A DNA stretch of 63,994 nt, the filler included, from Reticulomyxa filosa (Eukaryota; Protista; Foraminifera): NCBI GenBank assembly GCA_000512085.1. It is 22 parts of 22 records of this genome, joined end to end, with 100 filler letters (N's around TTAATTAATTAA, not from the genome) between each part and the next. Parts side by side here need not be neighbours in the genome. Positions count along the whole stretch, not along the records: positions 33,989 to 38,714 come from ASPP01010386.1; positions 38,815 to 46,454 come from ASPP01006562.1; positions 46,555 to 48,997 come from ASPP01001322.1; positions 49,098 to 56,524 come from ASPP01021991.1; 18 more parts are not named here. One strand, 5' to 3'. The notes beneath the pieces were generated by a model that was not told the DNA's origin, searched no databases, and saw only the letters and a list, made by a program, of their open reading frames with translations. The translations under genes and the position numbers were made by a program. This document shows positions 36,830 through 49,142 of this stretch, piece by piece. The number at the start of each line of letters is the position of its first letter. Position 1 is the stretch's first letter.

Positions 36830-38714
36830 ATGTTTGCAGAACTTCAACAAGATTTCATCAACATAGACAAAGAAATCATTTCAAAGGCATGGGATTACTG
36901 TGCTGGAAACGTTGCTGAGACAAAAACTATTTTGACTTTGCTTGGAGAGAACACGTTACAAAAAAAAACGATAATTTTTTGTTTAAAATAGAGTCGTTTT
37001 TTTTTTTAATTATATATATATATATATATAATCATATAATACATCTTATCACAGCATAACTTTGGAACAACAAAATCATTTGATGAGGTTATTCATAATT
37101 TTTGGCACTAAAGTTGATAAAATGATATTAATTGAAGAATGGAGAAATTCTAATAAGATTTTTGCTGTGGCAAGGGCTAAATTAAAAGACATTTGTTTTA
37201 GTTGTAATGTGAATGAGTTAAAGATTACAAATACATCAATATTGCTGTTGAGAAAAAAATATTAATATAAAATGATTGTCAATGATGAAAATATTATAGA
37301 TTAAAGGAAGATGATGAAGTAAAGATAAAAAGGGAAATGTGTTTGCATATACTGTGGAATATTTTGAAATATCCAAACAATATAAAATATCGCCAAATCA
37401 ATAATCAAGATTTACATAATAATTTGGAATTCAAATGTCATGAATTACATATTAATGCTGACGAAATATTTGAAGAAATAAAAAAAAATTTACAGGAATT
37501 TGGATTTAAAAAAGGAGATGATAATAATTGGTATTACCAATATGATGATATTCAATTGTTATCATTGTGGGAACATTATCAAATGTTGATCTTTCAACAA
37601 TTGATGTTTTGTTAATATATGTATTTATTATTATGTAATTGAATAAATGAGGAAATGTTTATTGTTAAAAATAGATACAAAATAAGATGCGATATTCCAA
37701 GAAGAGTGTGTATGTTATTGAATGGAAAATGGAAAGATTATGAAATTGTATTTGATTATCAACATCGGACAGTAATGTTATTAAATAAAGATGATAATAA
37801 ACCAAAAATAAAAATATTACAAGTTGGAAATCCAAAGAAATCATCATTGGAATTCAATGTTCATATTCAATGGTATAATGATATTTCTAATGTCAATGAT
37901 ACATATACCAAATGGGCTTGTCTCATTCTCAATGATTCTTGGCACTTTCGAACAGCTTATTGGTATAGCAGAGAAGGATTATCGGCTTGTTTCTCAGTTA
38001 ATTAAACCAAATACGCACTCAATATTTTTGTGATCTCCTTTGCAATGAAAACGCAATTGAATTGATATACTTATATTTGAATAATAGGATTTCAATTCTT
38101 TTTATGTTATTTGGAAAGATGGAAATATTACAATACAAAAAGATGCATTGAATTCTTATTCAATGACTTTGAAACAAGGAATTCAACAGATAAAAGAGAA
38201 AATGCAAATTATAGAGCACTTCATTAATGGAAAGGATGAGTTAATATTTTTTCAATGCGAATTTAAGAAATGTAAACCTCCAATATCATTTGCAATGAAT
38301 GAATATTTATTGCATGATATTTACCAACATCTTCCTCATTATCCAATTACTCAAGTACATTGGGAAACAAAAGGAGGATTTATAGTATCCTACAAAAATT
38401 CAATTGGTGTCGAAAGAAGCATTATCCCAAAAAGAGTAGTCCCAGATGATACATTGAGCATATCAACTGAAAAAGTTGCATTCAATCCATTGTTGTATGA
38501 ATGTGATTTTCACAAACTCAAAATCATTAGTAATTCATTGGCTTCAAAATTGCACAGAGACAATTTAATGCAAGAATTATTTCACGAAGTGATAAAAAAT
38601 AATTATTTGATTGATCTAATCAATAAAAAACGACTGGGTAATCAGAAAAAGATTAAACGGCAAATTAATTATAATAAAAACAACAGTAATGACTTAATAT
38701 TAAATGATAAAATA
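36830..38714 (+). CDS. CUE-like plus PUB-domain protein of a lineage-expanded family, multi-exon, 3'-truncated
   Basis: LQQDFINIDKEIISKAW..C.GNV (CUE-like); LHILWNILKYPNNIKYRQIN...LQEFGFKK (PUB). Confidence 0.7.
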
Positions 38715-38814
38715 NNNNNNNNNNNNNNNNNNNNNNNNNNNNNNNNNNNNNNNNNNNNTTAATTAATTAANNNNNNNNNNNNNNNNNNNNNNNNNNNNNN
38801 NNNNNNNNNNNNNN

Positions 38815-38852
<38 letters not shown>

Positions 38853-38853
38853 A

Positions 38854-40588
38854 ATGAGAATAGTCCCCATTTGCGTGACAAAAGGGGCAATCCCGGATGA
38901 AAACTCGGCCACTTTTGCCGTGTTTGATTGCCACGACATGGACATTGGCCTGATGGAAGATTTTCGGACCAACGATGCGCTGAGAAACCAAACGCACGGT
39001 CCAATGGAATCGAGCGAGTACAAGGCTAATGAAAACAAAGCAGCTGAGCAAACGATCGACATGATAATGAAAAAAGCGGGCAAAAGGAGTCGCAACACGA
39101 GTGCGAGTGAAGAAGAAGAAGACAGTCGACGCAAAATTGCAAGCGAATGCGAAACTGACGCAAATACAAATGATCGAAAACAAAAGTTGCGGAAATTGAA
39201 TGACAGTAGTTATTATGAAGTCAATGGCAATCAAGAAAATGCATATTCTCATTCTCAACACCAACAGCAACAGCAACAGCAACAACAACAACAACAACAA
39301 CAATATCCTTCTCGTAATGATAACACATTACTCCATTCAAGCGGTAATCTGTTTGCTGATGCAAGCACCAATGTCTTGCATAAGATGTCTGTATTTCCAA
39401 ACTTCAGACCAATGACACAATTTTGTCCATTGAACAACAACAACAACAACAACAACAACAATAACAATAACAATAACAATGCCATCAATTCTCAAACACT
39501 AAACATGGGACATCATGACAAAGTGGTTGGTCTCAATCGCTTTCCCTTATCTTCAAAAACTGCACTTTACAGAAATGACCCTCTTCCGTCGCTTATGATG
39601 AACACGTCGCTGCATCACTGCAATAACAGCACCTATTGCAACGGTGAAGAGGAGGACATCTCGCCACACAAACACAAAGCTTTGATTGCTAGTTTCGCAA
39701 TTCTTTTTTTTTTTTTTTTTTTTTTTCCCTCCCCCCCTTTCCTCCCTCTTCCCTCCTTTCTTTCTTATATGTTATGTTTTTTTTTTTCCCCCTCTCCTCT
39801 TGAAAATCTAATGAAAGATTTGAGAGGCGCTGGAGTGAAACATTATTCGCATAAATTCGGAACGCCAAAAACTGCCAAGGACTCACATAATTTCAGTGGC
39901 AGAATTAGTCAAATGAATGACGAGAATAACCTCCTGCAAACCCACATTCGAAATACTCCACTTCCAAATCTTATTGGTGATTCCTCGAGTATCAGTCCTT
40001 TGTATCGTGAAATCGCAGGTTCAACTGGATTTAATAATCAACTATTTTATGCTTGCAACCCACATCTCCCTTTCAAACCAATTCTTTTTGCACCAGAAAA
40101 CAATCTTATGCCTTTGAAAAATGAATCTGTACCGCCAATTAGCATCAACACTATGGAGACCGCATTAACACCACTTCAATTCAAATTAGGTCACGGTATT
40201 GACAAATCGTTATCTGATAGTTCTTCTCAGTCTCATAAAACAGGTATTGTTGACATTTTCATACAACTCTTTGGTCAAAAATGGCCAAGAAATTATTTAT
40301 AACATCCAATAAAAAAAAACACACATAATGAAAGTAGGTTCAATCTCCCCGATTACACTACCCGCAACAAATACGATGAATGCCGACAAACAAATTCAGC
40401 ACTACAATGATGTGAAAAATGAAGATACCAAAATGATATTGAACGACACCGAAGCAACAGAAAAGGGGTTCATTCCAGATATCTATTCTTCTCCTTTCGC
40501 GTCTAATCTGGATCTTTTTCACACCTCTGACGAATTGTACTTGTTCAATGCAGATAATACCGATGAAATCTTTAATCTCCAGTACTGA
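38854..40588 (+). CDS. Low-complexity Gln/Asn-rich protein, 3' part, with introns
   Basis: Long open frame with polyQ/polyN tracts; T-rich intron-like segments near 39690-39810 and 40244-40337. Confidence 0.55.
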
Positions 40589-41219
40589 TCCTCGTCATTA
40601 TGGTTGTTTGTTTATTTTATTTTATGTTATATGCTATTTTTTTTCTCCAAAAAAAATATTATTTTTCATTTGGGTCTTGTCAATTGTGTTTGTTACGTTT
40701 TCAACGTTTACAATGGTGTTGAATTTGAATGTTCCGTGTATCCATTGTTTTTGTTTGATATGGAATAAGGTGTTGGTTGCTTCTAAGTTTTATAAATTTT
40801 TGTTTTTTTTGTTCGTATTTTTTGTCCTTTTTTGTTTCGCACAAGATCCCAATAGTGGGCAATTTGAATAATGTCATTTGTGATTCCAGGAAGAAATTTT
40901 GTGATTGATTTTTTTTTTGGAAGGATTTGTCAATTAATATTCCATTTCGGCCACTATGTCCTCAAAATTTTTGTCCCAGTTCGTATTCTATACTTTTTAT
41001 TTTCGTTTGACAAGAGCAAACTAGCAGACCTCGAGAGCAGATGAGCACAAAAAAATAAAAAAGGCACTATCAGATTAACCAAAAAGCTCTTGAAAAATTC
41101 ATGTACACGCAAAAAGATAAGAAATGAATAAGTAGTCCACAAAAAATATATTTATCCTTAAACCGAAAAAGAATCAAAGAAAATAAATAAAAAATGAAAG
41201 AGGGAAAAAAAAAAGATGG

Positions 41220-43687
41220 TTAAAAATCTTTTAGCCACCAAAGCCAACTATCAGTGTTAGTTGTATCTTCATTTTGATTCCCAGTACTTTCTGTGATGCT
41301 ATTTTTTTCTGGTTCTCGTTTTTCTTCTTCTACTTCCAAACGTTTTTGTGTTGCTTCATTGACTTTACTTTGTTCTTTGTGATATTGTCTTTGAAGTTGT
41401 TTTTTCAAATCATCAATTTCTTTTTTCAATTCCTCAATTTTTTTCTTCAGTTGAACTTCTTCACTAAACATTGCTGTTAACTCTTCCGTTTTTCCGGCAA
41501 GTTCTTTTTTCAGCTCTATTCGTAATTGAAAAATTTACACAATCATTGTTTCGCTCAAAAATGGAGAGGAAAGGGACAAAAAAACAAACGCTACCTTGAA
41601 TTTCTTTTATATATCGTTGTTCTTTTTCAGAGTGGTCATGCACTTGTTTTTCCAATTGACGAATTTTATTTTTCAAATCCTCTAAATAGGCCAAATATTC
41701 ATCTTTTTCCTTCAGTAATGTATGCAAGTTTTGGCTTTTGGCGTGGTCACTTTGCACAAGCTTTTCATTTTGTTCCTTCAAAGCGTTGTATTTCTTTTCC
41801 AATTCACTTTTTCCATCTTTGCTTTGTTGCAATGTTTCTCTCATTTTATTTAATTCTGCTTCTAATTCTGATTACACAAATGAAAAGCAAAAAAAGAAAA
41901 GAAGAAATAAATCAAAGAACAAAGATGACCAAAACGAGAGGATCGTTAAAAAAAAACAAAAAAAACTTACCTGCAATTTTTGATTTATCTTGTGGATCCG
42001 TAGTGACCACAGTAGTATTAGAATTGGTTGATTCTTTTTTTATTTTTTGCAGTTCTTGCAATAAGTTTTCTCTTTCTGTGGTGACACGTTCCAAGGCCTG
42101 CACCAATTCTGTAGTGATTTTGAATTAATGTGGACATTATTTTTTTGTAAACAAGAAATTTCTCAAAAAACATGTACCCCAAGCAAAATCCTCCCTCCCC
42201 TCCTCAGAAATGTCATATTCGTTGGGAGGCCCAAAAACAAACTAACCAACCAGTGTGCTTGGTGTCTTGTGTATTTTGTGTAGCTTTCAATGAATCAATC
42301 TGTTGAGTTTTTTCCTGATTTTCGCGCATTAGTTCATCGATCTGGCGTTGATAATCATTTGCTTTGGATTGGCTTGAAGCAAGTAATTCAGCATTTGTCT
42401 CTATCAATTTTTTCAGCTCCTCTTGGAGCGTTTGATTCTCAGTTGTACGTTGTCTCACTATTGCTTCCAATTCTATGTTCCAAAAACAAAAACAAAAATT
42501 TTAAATTCCAAAATGTGCTTCTTCCTCCATATGTTATCAAGTACTTAAAAAAAAAAAAAAAAACAAACAAAAAACCTTCAATTTGTTGTAAAAGCCGTTC
42601 TTTTTCACTCGTAGAGGAAGATGACACAGTGTTAGAGGCTGCAGATTGTTGGTATTTTTGTTGCAATTGGTCAAATTCCAATTTCAATTGGTTTCTCTCT
42701 TGTTGCAATGTCTCATTTACGGAATCTGCTCTGCGTCACGTACAACCATACCAAAAACATATCGAACAAACATGACAAATAAGGTCTCATCCATATGCAT
42801 TAAAAAAAAAAAAAAAATTATATATGTATACGTATACATATATGTGTATATACATATATATGTATATATATTGTATACATATATGTAAAATGTACGTGTG
42901 CATGAATAGGTAAAGTAAATATTGCAAACTGTTAATGGTATTGGCCTGCTCTTGAATGATGACTTTAAGTTGTTCAGGGATGGAAAATTCCAAAGAGGTT
43001 GGGTCTTTGATTTGTGACAAAAGCGATTCAAGCTTGGATCGAGTTTGAATAAAAATGAAATTCCATATGTCTTCTCTTTGTTGTACTTCTTTTTTTATTG
43101 CGTCCAAGTCCATTTGCAGCTTTTCTGTATTTATCGTGCCAATCATTCCTTCAATCAACATCGTCCGTTTCTCTGCCATGAGTTTCTCTTCCGATTCTTT
43201 TTGCTGTTGTTGCTGTTGCTGCTGCTTCTCGTCAGTCATTTGCTTCTCTTTTTCTTGTTGCTGTTGCTGTTGCTTCAGCAATGCCAGTTCCTTGTCCTGT
43301 GCGTTCCTCACGTCCGTCACTTGTCGATGCTCGACTTGCAATTGCTTCACATACTCGGTTTGCTCTGTCAACACGCTATCGTAGTTTTGCTTTTGTTGCT
43401 TTAACAACTCGTTCAATATGTTGATGTGATTCATCAACAATTTGTGAATTGACTCCCATTCTTTGTAATCGCTTTCATATAATGCTTCCCTTTCTTCCAA
43501 CTCTTGACACAAATGGTGATACTGTTTTTCGATATTTTCCAAGTCGGATCTAGTACCGAGTTTATTGTTTGCTTGTTTTCATCCCCTTCCACATTTATGA
43601 CAGGAGAGTATATTAACATGCAAATAATACAATGCAACACAAACAAACACAAAACATCAAAATATCAGTGATCTCTTGATTACTCAT
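41220..43687 (-). CDS. Large multi-exon coiled-coil protein
   Basis: Six or more Glu/Gln/Lys heptad-rich exons on the minus strand separated by GT-AG introns. The start position is approximate. Confidence 0.7.
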
Positions 43688-43933
43688 CGTTTGCTCCTCT
43701 ATGTCTCCTGAACTGACAGAGAGGGTTTTTTTTGTACGTTGTGTTGAGTGTCTTGTTTATGTTTTACTTTGCCTACTCCTCTTTTGCTAATCCGGTCATA
43801 GAATTTTGTCTTAAAGAGACCTACTCATTTTGCAATAGTTCAAGATATTAAATTTACCAAACTTGCTCTTAAAAAAAAACCGAGGCTCGTCTGGCAATTT
43901 TCTTAAAATCTCTTTTCTCACTAAAAGAGCTCA

Positions 43934-45454
43934 ATGTCTGATAATGTTGTAAAATGTGTGGTATCTTGTGGCTTAATTTTTTCGCTTTGTGTAATATATG
44001 CGCTGGGCTTTCTTTCCTTTTTTGCTATGGACTCGTGGAATTTTTTTTCTAATATGTCGGAAGAGATCCAATCATATTCGGCCTCATTTAATATGTTTGG
44101 CAAATATCTTGATCCACCGAATTGTAATTTGGACCATAATGCGTTCGAAATATATAAAATTTTAAATGATTCACGTGTGTTAGAGATAATGGCCTTGCAA
44201 GAAAAGCTTGTAAGAGTGTTTATAAATGCGAGTAATCAGATAAACATTGACGAATTCAGCAAGGATTTGAGCCTAATAATTGGAAAGAAACAAGAAAAAA
44301 AATTTGACCATAATTTCGAGTTTATTCGATTCGAGTCTAGAAAGAAAGGAAATGGTAAGGGTGTAGTGATGAAAGCAAAGAATGCAGGGAAGTTGGGTTT
44401 AGGGAACCGTTTTCAAAGATATTTGTTTATGTCTTCTGGCGCACTATGGTTGGATTTTGCGTTTGATTTTGGCACATTTCACACCGATGGCTATACCAAA
44501 GCATATAGCCAAACGATCTTTGCCAATTTTTTGCCAAAGTTTTTTGCAAGAGAAGAAAATGACACCGTTTTGCAAGTGATCCCATTGGACAAAATTCATG
44601 TGAATAATGAGAATAGACCAATGCTACTCAAAATATTTCGGCAATCCGTTTTGCAATATCCACATTATACTTCTGGATTATATTTATATTTCAATCACTG
44701 GTTTCAAGCCTTGTTCTCTCAATCTGTTCATAACTCCTTCCGCGAGTTGTATTTCCAACTGCTTTGCAATCAGGCCAACAAAAGGAAGGCAAAACTATCC
44801 TCAGAGTTGATCGACTTGAAAGAAGCGATATTTCAATCCCATAATCCCTCAAGCGTAGTGATCCACTTCCGTTGTGGGGATATTTTATATACTGACATAC
44901 CCTATTTTGGATTGGTGTCTTTATCTTTTTATCGTAATAGCCTTGAAATACTTGGATTGAATGCAGATCGACATGACATTAATGTCTACATCATTGGCGA
45001 GCTTAGTGTCAAGAATGCCCATCATGCCAATTCCGAAAAGTGGCTGCGTGAGTGCAAAATAATTGCTGACGTATTGTTTTTAAAGACATTGCATGCTACA
45101 TATTTCCCGAACTGGAAATTTCATATACTTTATAATTCCTCGCTCAATGGAGATTTTTATCGTCTATTTGCTTTTCAAAATGTCATTTGTGGTATGAGTT
45201 CATTTTGTTTGAGTGGTGTCATGTTCAATCCCAACCGTGTCATCTTGCCCTTGTGGGGTCCCTACCACTTTTATGAGTTCAGGAAAGAAGAAGCCCATTA
45301 TAACAACTCTTTTTATTATCAATTTTTAAAACGCTATGTTTTATTGCCAACCCATCATTTGCTCGACAATCGCAACACCTCATTTGTTAACACCTACTTT
45401 GCATACAATTCTGGCATGGTCGATAGAGTACTTCAATTTCTTTTGACACACTAG
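43934..45454 (+). CDS. Type II membrane GT-B fucosyltransferase (GT11/alpha-1,2-FucT-like), intronless, 506 aa
   Basis: N-terminal TM anchor; motifs GLGNRFQRY, VVIHFRCGD and DFYRL...VICGMSSF match the GxGN / HxRxGD / DxxxL..SxF GDP-fucose-binding motifs. Confidence 0.8.
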   Translation: MSDNVVKCVVSCGLIFSLCVIYALGFLSFFAMDSWNFFSNMSEEIQSYSASFNMFGKYLDPPNCNLDHNAFEIYKILNDSRVLEIMALQEKLVRVFINASNQINIDEFSKDLSLIIGKKQEKKFDHNFEFIRFESRKKGNGKGVVMKAKNAGKLGLGNRFQRYLFMSSGALWLDFAFDFGTFHTDGYTKAYSQTIFANFLPKFFAREENDTVLQVIPLDKIHVNNENRPMLLKIFRQSVLQYPHYTSGLYLYFNHWFQALFSQSVHNSFRELYFQLLCNQANKRKAKLSSELIDLKEAIFQSHNPSSVVIHFRCGDILYTDIPYFGLVSLSFYRNSLEILGLNADRHDINVYIIGELSVKNAHHANSEKWLRECKIIADVLFLKTLHATYFPNWKFHILYNSSLNGDFYRLFAFQNVICGMSSFCLSGVMFNPNRVILPLWGPYHFYEFRKEEAHYNNSFYYQFLKRYVLLPTHHLLDNRNTSFVNTYFAYNSGMVDRVLQFLLTH

Positions 45455-45920
45455 CATTATAATCAATCTTTTCTCCTCTCTAAACATTTAACTTTGACGC
45501 CCAAATAATCCGGAAAAAACTAATTATATCCAAAGCGAAATTTTTTTGGTTTTTTTTCAACTTAATTTTTTGGAGGTGTGATGTTTTCCTTTTTTTTGTG
45601 TGCTATTGCGTTTATATCATATAGTTTTTAAAGATGTTATCAACATCACAAAATATCTTCAAAATATGGCTCCGATTTGCTGTCTTATTGTCGAGATCCT
45701 TCTCATGCATTTTTTGAATGGAATTATTATACTCACAGTCAAGAACAAAGTACCCGAAATGACTTCAATCACAAGATACATTTTGCAGAAGAAGAGATAG
45801 AAATCAAATATTAAAAAAAAGTTGAATTAAATTGGCCCTTTTTTCCAGAACCCAAAAAGATCCCAAAAACATTTAAAAAAAAAGGTTAAAAAGTGTAGAT
45901 TTGATCGAGCGTGTATACAG

Positions 45921-46416
45921 TTAAGACAAGAGTGGTTTTTGTTGAGTTTTGAGATGACGGATTTCGGTAATAATTTCAGATATCATAAATTTTATCCCCT
46001 TCCATGCCCACCAGTAGCCCATGGATAAAATAACAGGGATAGCAACGGCAACGAATTGGATATACCATCGAGGAAGTACCTGTTGGGGATCGACAGTAAT
46101 CTCATCGCTTCCCACAGATGGTTTATGCTCACCAGGTGATACATGTTGCAAGGAGTGAACAAATTGTTGAAACACTGGCCAACATCCTTTTGTAAACATG
46201 ACAACACGTACAAAGGCCATTGCCAAAATAAATAAGCCAAATAATATATTGCTTAGATGCTTAAGCCAAATCCGATTTCTGGCCTTCAGTTCGTGATAAA
46301 CACGAAGTAGTCCAGCGACAGACATCAGCCAAGTCACCACTTCCGCCCAAAATGATACGTAACCACCAAAGCGACCCGCCTTATTCACTATGCGGTTGCC
46401 AAGGGAACTGTAATGC
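45921..46416 (-). CDS. TLC (TRAM/LAG1/CLN8)-like membrane protein, last exon
   Basis: WAEVVTWLM...NILFGLFILAMAFVRV...YWWAWKGIK fits the TLC C-terminal helices. Confidence 0.6.
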
Positions 46417-46879
46417 CTGTTGCAAAAAAAAAAAAAAAAAACGTTGTTAAAAAANNNNNNNNNNNNNNNNNNNNNNNNNNNNNNNNNNNNNNNNNNNNTT
46501 AATTAATTAANNNNNNNNNNNNNNNNNNNNNNNNNNNNNNNNNNNNNNNNNNNNAAACACGTTGATGGCACTTCAACTGTAATCTTCCAAACAAATATCA
46601 TACACTACGATGATTATTCTTGTCAGAGTTTTCTGTTGGCAATGTGTTTAGTTTGTTGGATGTTGCATCCACTGATTGTATGTCCAGCTACAAGTTTAGA
46701 GTTTTTTTTGGGAAAAAGGTCTGTGCAATACTTCCTTTTTTTTTTTAAAGTTAAAATCTTTATTAATAAAAAAAAGATAAAGAAAGGAGAAAAATAGCCC
46801 TTTTGAAACAAGCCTTAAAACAAACGAGAACAGGCAGTCAACAACAACAAAAAAAACCTTATTCCACCAACACCTTACC

Positions 46880-47643
46880 TTATTCCTCGCCGACATTCAG
46901 CTGTTGAATAGCTGTCTTTTCTTGTAAGTTTTTTAAGCACTTGCGAACTCCATCAATGACCATAGGATGTCTCTCTGACAATGCATTCTACATTTTTTGG
47001 ATAAATTTGGAGTAAAAAAAAAAAATTAATTAAATAAAATAAAAAAAACAAAAATTGATACAAATTTGACCTTGATAAAGCCTGGAAGCTTTTTTCCCAT
47101 GTCACAATGAAACACATATGTAACATCGGATTGATTTATATTATCTGCCAATGGTCGAATGACCCAACCTCCAATATAAAGTCGAGCTGTGCATATTGCA
47201 ACAAATATTGTTTGGAAAAAAATGTGCATTGGGAAAAAAAAAAAAACAAAACAAAACAAAACATCGAATATAATTAGGATCTTCTGGACATCCGGCGTGA
47301 CCAATACTTTGCGCCATGATAAGATGGGTACCATCATCTAAAATTTTATAAGCTCGGAGTATGCAAAAGTCGCTTTTAGCAATCGTGATAATCCAGTTTG
47401 TTGCTTTAAACTGTAAATGGAGGACTTGGATTGCCCCTCCTTGTAATGTCTCGATCACCGTAGTGCCACAAAGATTGGAGTCATAATTCCATCTTTGCGA
47501 ATGATCATTTAAATATGTGGCAATGACATGGACTGGTTCATCAATAATGCCAGCGCCTTTCACGCACATGACCGAGTCCATTACATTGTTTCGAGTAAAT
47601 ATAGAAATCTGTTTCTTTTGGTGGATGAATCTATTGTTTATCA

Positions 47644-47680
<37 letters not shown>

Positions 47681-48940
47681 GTGAATAATTCATTTGAATG
47701 TTTTTTTTGTAACTGCCATTCGTCTTGTTGAATTCTGGAAGGATCAGAGTACTGAATCATTTCTTTTTCTAATCGTTCGACAATGCGAATGTACAAATGA
47801 TAGGATTGCGGAACAGGCGTGACCAACAAACACCAATTTTGAACATTGATAGCGTCATTCAGGGTTGACTCTGTTTCTGTTTCTGTTTCTGTTTTGTTAT
47901 GTGTTGATTGAGTTTGGAGCTCCTCCTTCTTTTGCTCGTTGTGTTGCACTTGTTCTAATTCGCTTTTTTGGTTTTGGCTTTGATTTTGATTTTGATTTTG
48001 ATTTTGAGTTTGGCTTTCATTTGCATGAATCTTTGCTTTTATCTTTGCATTTGCATTTACATTTACATTTACATTTACATTTGCATTGGCTGGTGTTTCA
48101 TCAAAATCCTCATTGGTGTAAGCCTCACTTTTGCTAATGCTTGAATCAAGATTGGAATCATTGATAGTCAAAAGATGTGTCTTTTTGGTCGTGTTGGTAG
48201 GCAACTCATGGAATGAAATGGAGCGTCGTTGCAGGTGCCGTTCATTCGATCGAGCGGATTTAGTCTGGTGGCAGCTGCACATGCAGCACTTGTAGTCGCT
48301 GTTGCACGTGCCACCAGCAGCAGCAGTGTCAAGAGGAGGAATGTTATCTTGTCCATTGACATTAGTATCGGCATTGGCATTGGCATTGGCATTGGCATTG
48401 GCATTGGCATTGGCATTGGCATTGGTGTTGGTATTGATATTCGCATTAAATGTCGGGCGTTGTGAATAAGCAACGGAGCGATTGGCAGCGACGTCAAAAG
48501 GCCTTTCAGTAGATATGCTCTGGGAATACGGCGAACATGGAGTGAGACAAGTGTCTCGCACATGGGTTTGAGGTGACGAGGGCAGTGCGATGGAGCGAAA
48601 GCCCGTGCGAGTGGCATTCGCAATAGGCATGGCAGTGATAGCAATCGCAGTGCCGCTAGCAGCAGCATTGTCAGCAGCAGTAGCAGTAGCAGTGACGGCG
48701 GTATTCGAAAGTACAAACGAACGTGAGTTTGGCAAATACATACTTTTGCGACTAGTCACTCTGCGAAACTTGCGAGACAGCAACTTTTTATGCTGCTGTC
48801 GTCGTCGAAGATTGGCCCTCATTTCCCGCTGTTGTCGTTGTCTTTCACGCTCCGCCTTCGTCCATTGCGTTTTACATAAGCTTCGTAAATATGCATAACA
48901 ACATTGAAATGTAGTTATCGCAAATCCACGCTCTCCCAAC
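46880..48940 (-). CDS. START lipid-transfer domain protein, 5'-truncated, possibly preceded by a VPS9 domain
   Basis: VKGAGIID...RWNYD...SDFCILR...IMAQSIGHAGCPEDPNYIR|ARLYIGGWVIRP...SDVTYVFHCDMGKKLP is a START domain; upstream LGERGFAITTFQCCYAYL resembles a VPS9 terminal helix. Confidence 0.85.
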
Positions 48941-49142
48941 ACTTTACAAACAAACAAACAAAAAAAAAAACAACATATATATATATATATATATATANNN
49001 NNNNNNNNNNNNNNNNNNNNNNNNNNNNNNNNNNNNNNNNNTTAATTAATTAANNNNNNNNNNNNNNNNNNNNNNNNNNNNNNNNNNNNNNNNNNNNAAA
49101 AAAAAAAAAAAAAAAATTTTTCAAAAAAAAAAAAAAAAAAAG

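Noticed and set aside
48371-48425. (GCATTG)n as a telomere-like repeat
   Set aside because: Encodes an Asn-Ala tract inside the START gene's linker.
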